DNA of 59,090 nt, counting the filler, from Candidatus Omnitrophota bacterium (lineage in GTDB: Bacteria > Omnitrophota > Gorgyraeia > JAGLLT01): NCBI GenBank assembly GCA_023140385.1. It is 3 parts of 3 records of this genome, joined end to end, with 100 filler letters (N's around TTAATTAATTAA, not from the genome) between each part and the next. Parts side by side here need not be neighbours in the genome. Positions count along the whole stretch, not along the records: positions 1 to 24,585 come from JAGLLT010000052.1; 2 more parts are not named here. The stretch is one strand, 5' to 3'. Shown one piece after another: positions 1 through 9,169 of this stretch. Each line of letters opens with the position of its first letter. The stretch's first letter is position 1. The notes beneath the pieces are model-generated. The model saw nothing but the letters and a program-made list of their open reading frames with translations, was not told the origin of the DNA and did not search any database. The position numbers were made by a program, and so were the translations under genes.

Positions 1-209
1 CCATCTACTTCCAAGCTTCCGTCTACAAAGAGGTCGCCGTCTGATGTGGCATTGTTTACAGTGTGAGTGCCGTCTGTTATCATAACGGGCCCGCCTGTGA
101 AGTAGGCGGGGTAGTTGGTAGAACCACCGGAAGCCTTCCCATAAACTCCATAATTAGTTCCAAGGCCTGCTGCCCAACTATACACTCCATAACAAGGAAC
201 AGAACTATG
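1..209. repeat. Intragenic repeat module B, copy 2 (near-identical to 2158-2366)
   Basis: 5 mismatches in 209 bp by manual alignment; offset 2157 bp = 719 codons, in frame. Confidence 0.95.
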
Positions 210-3200
210 ATCACTGTCAACAGTGATATTTTGTCCATAAAGAGTATAAGCGGAACAAGCAGAGGTCGCATCATCATTCACTGATATACTTGAACCATAA
301 AGCGAACCATTGCTTTTAGCATTTGTTGATGTACTGTCAACATCTACAAAGCTACCATACACAGTCGCAGTAAGACTTCCATCGTCTGTATGATTAAGGT
401 CAAGATACATACCATAACCTGCGCTGTCAGCTATAGTTTGAAGAATGTTTACTTTTCTTATTGAAGTAGGTGCAACTCCTATTCCTACTATTCCTTCAAC
501 CCTTAAATTATTATCTCCTGCTTCTGTGGTAGAGCCAACGGTTAACCCACCATCAAGTAACAGGTCATCGCCCGCGGGCGTAATCGTCAGATCGCCAACC
601 CCGGTAGTTATTGCGCCGGAAGCAGTATCCGCGGCACTGCCTAAAGCGAGAGTCGCCGCATTAGCGCTATTGTCAGAGTTTATCGTAAACGTATCAGCCG
701 TGGTGCCTGTGAGCGCGCTTTCGCCTGATACAGTTGCAGTGAGAGTGCCGCCTACAGTTAAATCCCCGTCAAGGAGAACATTGCCGGCATCTACCCATAA
801 AGCATAGGGGTTGGTGATGGTCATGTTTGTGCCTGCGGCAGGAGCATCGGCGATATATAGGGTGGCGGCGTCAGTAATGGTAACGGCATTTGTGCCGGCT
901 AAGGTGGGTTGAGCAAAGGAGCTTACCGCACCTGTCGCGCGTGTGCCGGCATCGCCTGTGTCTGTGAAGGTAGCCGCAGCCCCTTGATACTGAATACCCG
1001 CTGTAAGCCATGAAGCGGCCGAGACATCGCCGGAGATAATAGTCGGCATTTGAATATCGAAACCGAGGATGTTAGTGTCTTCTCTGGTAAGCTCGAAATA
1101 ATCTGTTACGTCATTTACTTGCCATCTAATCCATTTTCTTGTTGCTGCTGCTGTTATCCAGCCATATTGATTAATACTTCTATTTTCTCCTGAAGCACAA
1201 TTTGAAAAATAATAAACTGGGCCTTGTGCGCTTAACATTAAGTGTAATGAAGAGGCATCTTTCGCAAAGTTGCATTGGTTTGCAGGAGAATCTATATTCG
1301 CAGTTCCTGAACCACTTATATATAAATCTAAGTAAACGTCGCCATCAACACTATCTATCCTGCCAATTTTAAGTTTTTTACCTATTACATCTCCCATATC
1401 GCCAGTACTAAATAAAACAACATCCCCACCAGCACTCGGATAAATCTTATAATCACCTTGTCCTATATCTGTTACAAAATCAGTCTGATTATGATAAAAT
1501 TCCCCATAATCTAAAGCCTGAGTAGCATCACTGGAATAAATTCTAAATACTGGGTTGGCACTTGTTGATAGGGGGGAGCGGTTGGCGTTAGCCATGTCAG
1601 CTTGTTCCATAATGGATATATAACCTGAATAATCAGTACTTCCAACTAACGTTCCAATCTGTAAATTGTCATTACCTGTCGGTTCCCAACCGACTCTTAC
1701 ATCTCTACCATTACCAAAACCTAAGGTATAACTATCCCTAAGTTTTAGAGATATGTCATTAAAATCAGCTAAAAATACACCAGTTCCAGATCCTATAATT
1801 ACATTATTTTCCGTAGTCTCAAAATCTAACGTCAAATTCTCATTATTCGTCCCCCCAATCCCAGCCATAGTAAAAACCCCAGAAGCTCCGCTTAAACTTA
1901 CTCCTGTTGAGCCTCCTAGTTGGGAGATACCATATCCACTTTGTATCTGTAAATTAGCGTTATCTAAAATAACATCATTCCCAGCGGGGTCTAAGGTTAA
2001 GTCGCCCACAGTTGTAGCTATAGTACCTGTTCCTGTGCCTGCGCCTCCTAATGTAAGTGTAGTCACAACATCTGTTGTGTTGTCAGAGTTTATCGTAAAT
2101 GTATCTGCTGTTGTACCTGTCAATGCAGAGCCGCCTGATACTGTCCCATATATTGCCCCATCTACTTCCAAGCTTCCGTCTACAAAGAGGTCGCCGTCTG
2201 ATGTGGCATTGTTTACAGTGTGAGTGCCGTCTGTTATCATAACGGGCCCGCCTGTGAAGTAGGCGGGGTAATTTGTCGAACCACCGGAAGCCTTCCCATA
2301 AACTCCATAATTAGTTCCAAGGCCTCCCGCCCAACTATACACTCCATAACAAGGAACAGAACTATGGTCGCTATCGGCATAGGCATTTATTCCCCTTACT
2401 CCCCAGCCAGTACATGCTACAGTAGCATCATCCCGCGCCCATACATCAATTCCCATTAGGGTCCCAGTTTCCTTTACTGCGGCAGAAGTAGCATCCGCCA
2501 TCACATAAAAACCCCTCATATTGCCAGAACCAACACCTGTATAGGTATTATCATAGTCTATATAACAGCCGCTTGTATTTTTTCCGCTAAAATCACCATC
2601 AACAACAAGCGAATAAGATGTACTTGGTGATGTTCCAATTCCAACAATTCCATTAAGCGTAACGCTATCAGCCGCTATCTGAATCAGGTCAGTATCAGCG
2701 GTTAACCCTATATCTCCACCGTCAATAATAAGGTCGCCGACTATATCAAGACCAGCACTGTCAAATCTTCCTGCTTCTACTCCTCTTGGTTTAAACACAA
2801 TAGCATTATCATCAGTAGTAGGAGCTGAACCTGCTCCAGTATTTGCCCCAGTTGATATAATAAAATCATCTGTTATCCAAGCAAGCGAACCCCATTGGTT
2901 GTTTGAAGTGTCGGGAGATAAATCGGAATGGATATATAATGTTGGGTTGGTTTGAACTACGTGGTCATAGTTTTTATTAAAAACAGTCCTGTTAGCTATA
3001 ATAATCTGATTGCCTGTTTCATCTAACGTAGCAAATATAACTTGGTCATTTTCTATATCTGCAAAAAGCCTAAATGCTTCTGTTCCTGCATAATTAAAAT
3101 CAAAAGTCCCATATTGAGAACTAAAATCTAAATTTCCATTGCCAACTACTATATTAAAATTATTCTGGTCATGATAAAATTCACCATAATCCAAAGCCTG

Positions 3201-4835
3201 AGTAGCATCACTTGAATAAATCCTAAATACTGGGTCGGCTGAGGTTCCAGAAGAGGAACGGTTGGCGTTGCCCATGTCGGCATATTTCATTAAACTAAAA
3301 TATCCAGATTGGTCAGCACTGCCACAAGCAATTCCAAGTTGAAGATTATCATTACCCTCTGTAACCCACTTTAAACTAGAGTCACTTCCTGAACCTCCAT
3401 ATTTATTACCAAAACCATCTTCAAAATTGAAACTCAAATACGACCACATCCTATTTAGACCAGATGTGCTATTCCATACAGCATAATTAGCGCCACTTTC
3501 AAAACTCAATGTTACATTCTCGTTATGCGTATTCCCGATCCCCGCCAAAGTCAACACTCCTGAAGCTCCGCTTAAACTTACTCCTGTGCTTCCTCCGAGT
3601 TGGGAGATACCGTAACCGCTTTGAATATTCAAATTAGCATTATCCAGAATAACATCATTTCCTGCTGGGTCTAAAGTTAAGTCGCCTGCAGTCGTAGCCA
3701 CCTTGCCTGATGCGCCTCCGAAGGTAAGTATGCCCGGGTCGGCGTCTCCGTCTGAGTCAATGGTAAATGTATTCGCTGATGTACCGCTTATATCCGCGCC
3801 GGTTCCTGTTATTATGCCGGCGGCGGTTACATTTCCATCGGCATCAACATTGAATTTGGATGAACCGGCAACTTGCAAATTTAAAAGATTGCCTGTAAAA
3901 CCGCTGGCCGCGTTACCGGCAAGCAGAGTGCCGTTCGCGGAACCGGAAAAAAATCCGGCAGTCGCTCCATCCCAGGCGGAAGAACCAACTGAAATAAGAC
4001 CGTAGTTTGCTGAATTAATGCCGTTGTAAACTTGAAAATAGCTTGTACTATCTCTTTGCAGGTCTAATAGTTTATCGGCTGTACCTGGGGCGGATGTTTC
4101 GGTAACATTAAGTTTAAGAGCGGTATAATTTCCGGAAGTTGCCTTATTTATAACAGCAGATAAGTCATAGGCGGCTTCATTGCCTGTCGCGGCAGAACGG
4201 GTCAAAGTACTTGTAAGCCCGTAGCCGGAGGCCGGGTTCAGGCTAAGATTGGTTGTCGAGCTCGTTATGGCGGCTGTTATAACTCCGCCGTCCGCGTAGA
4301 TGCTGTCATCAACTTCCAGGGCGCCGGATACAAAAAGGTCATCGTTTAAAGAAATATGGCCGGCTGTACCGGCATCACCGATTATAGTATATGCCATAGT
4401 TGGTAGAAAGGTCAGATTTGTACCCGAAACCGTCTTTATATTACCCACATATAAATTTAACCAGGCAATTGAGGGCGAGCCCAAATCGTCTGTTGAGTCT
4501 GTGTCAGAAACTATACTTGAACCTGAAATTATGCCATTTAAGGCGGTGAGGGCGTCAGAAACTATTAGGCCTGACTCTAAATAGGCGGCGCCGTCAACTT
4601 CAAGGGTTCCGGTAATGTACAAATCATCGTTTGAGCCGGCATAAGAGTTCGTACCTGTCCCGTCACCAATCTGAACATTACCTCCTTCGCCCGGGCAGAT
4701 AACCAGATCTTCATTTGCCGTCGTTGTAATATCAACCGGCACACCATCGAATTCTAAAGTGCCGGCACGCGCGCAGTAAATACATAGAAAAGTTATACCG
4801 GTTATCACAATTAATAGCATAATTAATTTTTTCAT
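1..4835 (-). CDS. Giant secreted, repetitive Gly/Thr/Asp/Ser-rich fibre/adhesin-like protein (3' end lies beyond the window; >=1611 aa)
   Basis: Hand translation from ATG at 4835 (SD AGGAGAGG upstream): MKKLIMLLIVITGITFLCIYCARA-GTLEFDGVPVDITTT... No stop seen down to position 1 (...DGDLFVDGSLEVDG). Sec-type signal peptide ending A-R-A; internal repeats. Probably absent from the ORF track because its stop is outside the window. Confidence 0.9.
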   Translation of the reverse strand, partial: MKKLIMLLIVITGITFLCIYCARAGTLEFDGVPVDITTTANEDLVICPGEGGNVQIGDGTGTNSYAGSNDDLYITGTLEVDGAAYLESGLIVSDALTALNGIISGSSIVSDTDSTDDLGSPSIAWLNLYVGNIKTVSGTNLTFLPTMAYTIIGDAGTAGHISLNDDLFVSGALEVDDSIYADGGVITAAITSSTTNLSLNPASGYGLTSTLTRSAATGNEAAYDLSAVINKATSGNYTALKLNVTETSAPGTADKLLDLQRDSTSYFQVYNGINSANYGLISVGSSAWDGATAGFFSGSANGTLLAGNAASGFTGNLLNLQVAGSSKFNVDADGNVTAAGIITGTGADISGTSANTFTIDSDGDADPGILTFGGASGKVATTAGDLTLDPAGNDVILDNANLNIQSGYGISQLGGSTGVSLSGASGVLTLAGIGNTHNENVTLSFESGANYAVWNSTSGLNRMWSYLSFNFEDGFGNKYGGSGSDSSLKWVTEGNDNLQLGIACGSADQSGYFSLMKYADMGNANRSSSGTSADPVFRIYSSDATQALDYGEFYHDQNNFNIVVGNGNLDFSSQYGTFDFNYAGTEAFRLFADIENDQVIFATLDETGNQIIIANRTVFNKNYDHVVQTNPTLYIHSDLSPDTSNNQWGSLAWITDDFIISTGANTGAGSAPTTDDNAIVFKPRGVEAGRFDSAGLDIVGDLIIDGGDIGLTADTDLIQIAADSVTLNGIVGIGTSPSTSYSLVVDGDFSGKNTSGCYIDYDNTYTGVGSGNMRGFYVMADATSAAVKETGTLMGIDVWARDDATVACTGWGVRGINAYADSDHSSVPCYGVYSWAGGLGTNYGVYGKASGGSTNYPAYFTGGPVMITDGTHTVNNATSDGDLFVDGSLEVDGAIYGTVSGGSALTGTTADTFTINSDNTTDVVTTLTLGGAGTGTGTIATTVGDLTLDPAGNDVILDNANLQIQSGYGISQLGGSTGVSLSGASGVFTMAGIGGTNNENLTLDFETTENNVIIGSGTGVFLADFNDISLKLRDSYTLGFGNGRDVRVGWEPTGNDNLQIGTLVGSTDYSGYISIMEQADMANANRSPLSTSANPVFRIYSSDATQALDYGEFYHNQTDFVTDIGQGDYKIYPSAGGDVVLFSTGDMGDVIGKKLKIGRIDSVDGDVYLDLYISGSGTANIDSPANQCNFAKDASSLHLMLSAQGPVYYFSNCASGENRSINQYGWITAAATRKWIRWQVNDVTDYFELTREDTNILGFDIQMPTIISGDVSAASWLTAGIQYQGAAATFTDTGDAGTRATGAVSSFAQPTLAGTNAVTITDAATLYIADAPAAGTNMTITNPYALWVDAGNVLLDGDLTVGGTLTATVSGESALTGTTADTFTINSDNSANAATLALGSAADTASGAITTGVGDLTITPAGDDLLLDGGLTVGSTTEAGDNNLRVEGIVGIGVAPTSIRKVNILQTIADSAGYGMYLDLNHTDDGSLTATVYGSFVDVDSTSTNAKSNGSLYGSSISVNDDATSACSAYTLYGQNITVDSDHSSVPCYGVYSWAAGLGTNYGVYGKASGGSTNYPAYFTGGPVMITDGTHTVNNATSDGDLFVDGSLEVD
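1490..2010. repeat. Intragenic repeat module A, copy 2 (diverged copy of 3170-3690)
   Basis: Offset 1680 bp = 560 codons; shared peptides GDLTLDPAGNDVILDNANL.IQSGYGISQLGGSTGVSLSGASGV and PVFRIYSSDATQALDYGEFYH. Confidence 0.9.
2158..2366. repeat. Intragenic repeat module B, copy 1
   Basis: Matches 1-209; encodes HSSVPCYGVYSWAGGLGTNYGVYGKASGGSTNYPAYFTGGPVMITDGTHTVNNATSDGDLFVDGSLEVDG. Confidence 0.95.
3170..3690. repeat. Intragenic repeat module A, copy 1
   Basis: Aligns with 1490-2010, with many synonymous changes and a variable middle. Confidence 0.9.
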
Positions 4836-4864
4836 TGTCCCTCTCCTATATTTTTTTATAAAAT

Positions 4865-6583
4865 TTAGGCATTTTCCGTTACCCGCAGTAATTCTGAGAC
4901 AGAAGCATTTCCGGCGATAACATTTTCTAAGCCTGCCTGAGTTAAAGTCTTCATCCCGGCTTTACGCGCCTCTTCTCTTAAAATGGCATCAGAAGCCTTC
5001 CGAGTAATCATTTCCTTTATCTTATCATTGGGAATTAAGAGTTCATAAATACCGCTTCTGCCAATGTAGCCGCGCTCGTTACATTTTGAACAGCCGGTTT
5101 CCTTATAGAATGTATATTTTTTATCCGCCTTGGTTTTATCCAGTTTAACCTCAAGGAGTAACTGCGGGGATGGCTTATATGATTGCTTGCAATGCGGGCA
5201 AAGAATACGGAGAAGACGTTGAGCTAAAATACCAACAAGTGATGAGGCAACCAAAAATGGCTCAACTCCCATATCGATAAGGCGTGTAGCCGCCGAGGTC
5301 GCGTCATTAGTATGTAACGTAGTAAAAACCAGGTGCCCGGTTAAAGCGGCATGGATCGCGATATCCGCGGTCTCTTTATCTCGTATCTCACCAATCATAA
5401 TGATATCAGGATCTTGTCTTAATATTGAACGCAAGCCGGTAGCAAAGGTAAGGCCGGCTTTTACGTTTACCTGGGACTGACGAATATGAGGAATTTCATA
5501 TTCTACCGGATCTTCAAGTGTAATAACGTTTTTTTCTACACTGTTTATCTGGCTCAAAGCCGCGTAGAGGGTTGTGGTCTTTCCGCTTCCCGTGGGGCCG
5601 GTGACTAAAATAATACCATAGGGGCGGTGAATAAGCCGTGAAAAGGCTTTCAGGTTCGCGGAAGAAAAACCTAATTGTTCAAGATTGAGTATGCCTTGTG
5701 AACGGTCAAGTATTCTAATTGCTAAATTCTCACCATAAATAGTAGGAAAAGTAGAAACCCTTAAATCTATATCCCTTCCTGAAATTGACATTTGAATACG
5801 GCCATCCTGAGGAAGGCGTTTTTCGGCAATATCCATGTTTGCCATAATTTTAATTCTGGAAATAACCGCGGCTTGACTTACCAGAGGAAACTCAGAAATC
5901 GGATACAAAAGCCCATCAATCCGATAGCGGCATTCGTATTTATTACGCTGAGGCTCTAAATGTATATCTGAAGCGCTCATTTCTACAGCATGAGCAATAA
6001 ATTCATTAACCATCTCCACTACTGGAGCAAGACTGGCAGCATGTTTTAAAGACGCGACTTCTTCAGTGGGGGTTTCGGTTTTTGAAGAAATAGAAGGGCC
6101 CTTTGAAACAAAAATTCCTGATGAAGCAAGAACTTGACCTTCTTTTGTTTTGTGATGCTTTTCTTCTATGGCATCGCGAATAGCGGAAGGACAACCAAAA
6201 ACCGCCTTTATCCTCAATCCCGAAACTTCCTGTAGTTCATCTATTACTTTTACATCTAAGGGGTTGGCCATCGCTACAGTAAGAGTATTTTGACTGATAA
6301 AAAGAGGAAGGGCTTTTAGCCGAGTTGCCATCCTTTCGGGAACGAGGGCTAAAGCCTTTGGTTCAACATTAATCTCCGATAAATCCACAAAGGCAAAACC
6401 TAATTGCTGGCTTAAACATTTGGCAACTTGTTCTTCAGTAGCAGCTCCCCGAGCAACCAGAATCTCTCCAATAAAACGACCGCTTCGACTTTGTTCCTGA
6501 AGAGCTTCATTAAGGTCATTAGGAGTAATTATACCTTCGTTTGTAAGAATCTGGCCTACTTTTCTTTGCTCTTGATTTTCCAT
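4865..6583 (-). CDS. pilB: GspE/PilB family secretion/pilus assembly ATPase
   Basis: Walker A GPTGSGKTT, RQDPDIIMIGEIRD, TGHLVFTTLH, CPHC/CSKC zinc motif, MshEN-like N-terminus. Confidence 0.93.
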   Translation of the reverse strand: MENQEQRKVGQILTNEGIITPNDLNEALQEQSRSGRFIGEILVARGAATEEQVAKCLSQQLGFAFVDLSEINVEPKALALVPERMATRLKALPLFISQNTLTVAMANPLDVKVIDELQEVSGLRIKAVFGCPSAIRDAIEEKHHKTKEGQVLASSGIFVSKGPSISSKTETPTEEVASLKHAASLAPVVEMVNEFIAHAVEMSASDIHLEPQRNKYECRYRIDGLLYPISEFPLVSQAAVISRIKIMANMDIAEKRLPQDGRIQMSISGRDIDLRVSTFPTIYGENLAIRILDRSQGILNLEQLGFSSANLKAFSRLIHRPYGIILVTGPTGSGKTTTLYAALSQINSVEKNVITLEDPVEYEIPHIRQSQVNVKAGLTFATGLRSILRQDPDIIMIGEIRDKETADIAIHAALTGHLVFTTLHTNDATSAATRLIDMGVEPFLVASSLVGILAQRLLRILCPHCKQSYKPSPQLLLEVKLDKTKADKKYTFYKETGCSKCNERGYIGRSGIYELLIPNDKIKEMITRKASDAILREEARKAGMKTLTQAGLENVIAGNASVSELLRVTENA

Positions 6584-6604
6584 ATTTTGATTTTTTTAAA
6601 AAAG

Positions 6605-6979
6605 TTACAATGGTTTATAGTGTAGCTGTACTCTCTTTTCAACATTACCCACATTGCCGACAGAAGTAATTATAGAGTACGCGTAGTTTATCTCAACTCT
6701 ATAGGTTCCTTCTCCCAAACTTATCGGGCCAATGGTTTGCTTAACGTCCGCGCCTTCTTTTGCTTGAGTCCGCATTGTCTTGACAGCCTGTGCGATGCCT
6801 GCCTCAGCTAAGTATAATGCCTTCGCGTCATCAGCTATGGTACGACTAGAAACATCCACCGCCAGAAGAGAAACAGCTAAAGTCGCGCCTATTAATCCAA
6901 TCGTTAATAAGATTATGAGCACACTAAGTAACGCGACTCCTTTTTTTGGTATTGGATATGTTAATTTTTTTAGATTCAT
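6605..6979 (-). CDS. PilX/GspK-like minor (pseudo)pilin
   Basis: KKG|VALLSVLIILL prepilin-like helix lacking E5; ALYLAEAGI motif typical of the PilX N-terminus. Confidence 0.75.
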   Translation of the reverse strand: MNLKKLTYPIPKKGVALLSVLIILLTIGLIGATLAVSLLAVDVSSRTIADDAKALYLAEAGIAQAVKTMRTQAKEGADVKQTIGPISLGEGTYRVEINYAYSIITSVGNVGNVEKRVQLHYKPL

Positions 6980-6991
6980 CTTTTTATCAAT

Positions 6992-7450
6992 TTAATTCAC
7001 AGGTCTAATTTCTGTCCAGGTCATATCCTCTATTAGAGTAACTAAAACTATTATTGGCTCGTCTTGCTTCTCCTGGCGAAAAACACTTACGCGCACTTCT
7101 ACGGGATCGGAATTCACAATAACTTCTCTCTTAATCCGCCAGCACAGTTTATTCATCTCTAATGGTGCTTCATCAAGGGGCGGATAAACTAAACTGCCTG
7201 TCTTTTTTAACTGTTCCTTTGTAAAATTTAAATTCTTTATTCTTTCCATCTCCCACTTGGCTAAATTAGTAGCCGTAATAAGTTCCTGGCAAGAGGCAGT
7301 ACAATATAAGGAATGAGAGAACAGCTGCATAACCGGTACAAATAAAAGCCCTAATATCGCTAAAGTAATTAGAAGTTCGATAAAACTAAACCCTGTCGTA
7401 AAATTTTTTTTTACCACTTCGACGGCATTTCTCCCTCTGCCTTGCCCCAT
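6992..7450 (-). CDS. PilV/GspI-like minor (pseudo)pilin (true start possibly GTG at 7417)
   Basis: G|FSFIELLITLAIL type III signal/N-methylation motif. Confidence 0.8.
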   Translation of the reverse strand: MGQGRGRNAVEVVKKNFTTGFSFIELLITLAILGLLFVPVMQLFSHSLYCTASCQELITATNLAKWEMERIKNLNFTKEQLKKTGSLVYPPLDEAPLEMNKLCWRIKREVIVNSDPVEVRVSVFRQEKQDEPIIVLVTLIEDMTWTEIRPVN

Positions 7451-7911
7451 TTTGAATCAAGAGGCTCATCCCAATTTATTATAACCAATGCTTTATCTAC
7501 ATAATAAACCCACCCCCCGGTAGAACTCAAAGACTCTTCAAGGTTTTGATTTATAATTTCAGCAAAACCTTCCCGGCAAGAGATAAATTCCAAAGGAATA
7601 GAGTCTAAGTACGGCTTTTCTATTCCCAAATCATTATAGGTCACTTCCAATAATTCCTCTAACTCATCCGGATAACGCCCTTCCTTGGTACGAAAAAGAC
7701 TAATACGAGTCCGCAGGGTACTTAAGTTTGTTTTACTGGCAGCAAGGCGCGCTTCAGTATCAAAGCCAATAAAATTGGGAATTATCGTAGCCGCCAATAT
7801 CGCGATGATGGAAATAACGATAAGAAGTTCAAGAAGAGTAAAAGCGTTAGAAGCGGATATACGCGGATACCTACGCGGATATACACAGACTTTTTGCGCG
7901 AGCTGCATCAT
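7411..7911 (-). CDS. gspG: GspG-like major (pseudo)pilin
   Basis: A|FTLLELLIVISIIAILAATIIP with E5 and P22, followed by GRYP..LEEL. Confidence 0.8.
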   Translation of the reverse strand: MMQLAQKVCVYPRRYPRISASNAFTLLELLIVISIIAILAATIIPNFIGFDTEARLAASKTNLSTLRTRISLFRTKEGRYPDELEELLEVTYNDLGIEKPYLDSIPLEFISCREGFAEIINQNLEESLSSTGGWVYYVDKALVIINWDEPLDSKWGKAEGEMPSKW

Positions 7912-7952
7912 AAATCCTCCGTTTAAGTTCTAATTTTTTACTGCCGTTATAA

Positions 7953-9164
7953 TTATCCACGAAATACTTTAATCAAATTAAAAATGGGTAACAAAACGGA
8001 TAACGCGATAAAAGCCACCATGGCTCCCATTACCAAAAGCATAAGTGGTTCAAGCAAGACGGTTAAATTTTTTATAGTATATTCTACCTCCGGCTCATAA
8101 AGCAAAGCTACCTCTTCAAGCATCTGGTCCAGCTTTCCACTCTTCTCACCTGTAGAAATCATTTGTACTACCATTGGAGAGAAAAAAGTGCTTGCTTTAA
8201 ACGGCTCTACTAAAGAATGGCCTTCGGTTAAATTAATTCTTATATTTTGTATTGACTGGCGAATTACTACATTAGTAACGGTCTTTTCCACCACAGTTAG
8301 AGCCTGCAGTAACGGAATGCCGACACTGGTTAAGGTTGAAAGTGTTCGCGCAAAGCGGGCGATTTGTATTTTAGTATATATCTTTCCAAAAAAAGGCAGC
8401 CCCAAAAGCCATCGATGGAAGCGATAATTTCCATCCGTTGTCTTTATATAATTTTTAAAACACCAAAACGCGAAAATTAAACCGGCCAGTATAAAAAACC
8501 AGAACCGGCGCAATATCCAGCTTATACCCAGAATAATCCGGGTAACAACAGGAAGCGACGCGCCTGAAGCGCGAAATACCACTATAAATTTAGGTAAAAC
8601 CCCCACTACCAATAAATTTACCACTAAAAACGCGACCGCCATCAAAACCACCGGATAAATTAATGCTGACTTAATGCGAGTCTGTAATTCCAACTCCTTG
8701 GTTCCTAACTTAGCCAATCTATATAAAACTTCATCTAACATTCCACCCGTCTCACCAACCCTCGCCATATTGACAGAAAGTTCAGAAAAAACTTTTGGAT
8801 ATTTAGAAAGGGCATCTGAAAAACTTTCACCGGAATGTATATAGCGGCTTATATTCTTCAAAATTACCTTAAATTTTTTATTGGTTGTTTGCTCGCAAAT
8901 AGCCTCTAAGCTGGGCAAAAGGGCTGTGCCCGAACGAAGCAGAGTAGCTAATTGCCGTGCAAAGATATTAACATCCCGTTTTTCTACTCGCTTAAAACGA
9001 CTAAAAATATCACCTAAAGAGAAAGAAGATTCTTGGGGTTTTAACTCAATGACACTACAGCCCATACTGTCTAAATGAGCGACAATCCCCTGTTCGCTTT
9101 CACCCTCCAGAGTGCCTGAAATTAATTTCCCTTGCTTATCGCGCGCCTTATAGATATATTTCAT
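7953..9164 (-). CDS. pilC: GspF/PilC inner-membrane platform protein
   Basis: RQLATLLRSG, VGETGGMLD, SALIYP, GEKSGKLD, LLEP motifs; three TM segments. Confidence 0.93.
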   Translation of the reverse strand: MKYIYKARDKQGKLISGTLEGESEQGIVAHLDSMGCSVIELKPQESSFSLGDIFSRFKRVEKRDVNIFARQLATLLRSGTALLPSLEAICEQTTNKKFKVILKNISRYIHSGESFSDALSKYPKVFSELSVNMARVGETGGMLDEVLYRLAKLGTKELELQTRIKSALIYPVVLMAVAFLVVNLLVVGVLPKFIVVFRASGASLPVVTRIILGISWILRRFWFFILAGLIFAFWCFKNYIKTTDGNYRFHRWLLGLPFFGKIYTKIQIARFARTLSTLTSVGIPLLQALTVVEKTVTNVVIRQSIQNIRINLTEGHSLVEPFKASTFFSPMVVQMISTGEKSGKLDQMLEEVALLYEPEVEYTIKNLTVLLEPLMLLVMGAMVAFIALSVLLPIFNLIKVFRG

Positions 9165-9169
9165 AATTT

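Noticed and set aside
63..4584. Plus-strand ORFs (63-284, 445-807, 1753-2223, 2220-2459, 3703-4005, 4300-4584) and minus-strand 80-277
   Set aside because: Antisense or off-frame shadows of the giant minus-strand gene; their duplication only reflects its repeats
1..4835. Prophage tail gene or diversity-generating retroelement target
   Set aside because: Has a Sec signal peptide with no phage genes nearby; no reverse transcriptase in the window, and repeat mismatches are not adenine-specific
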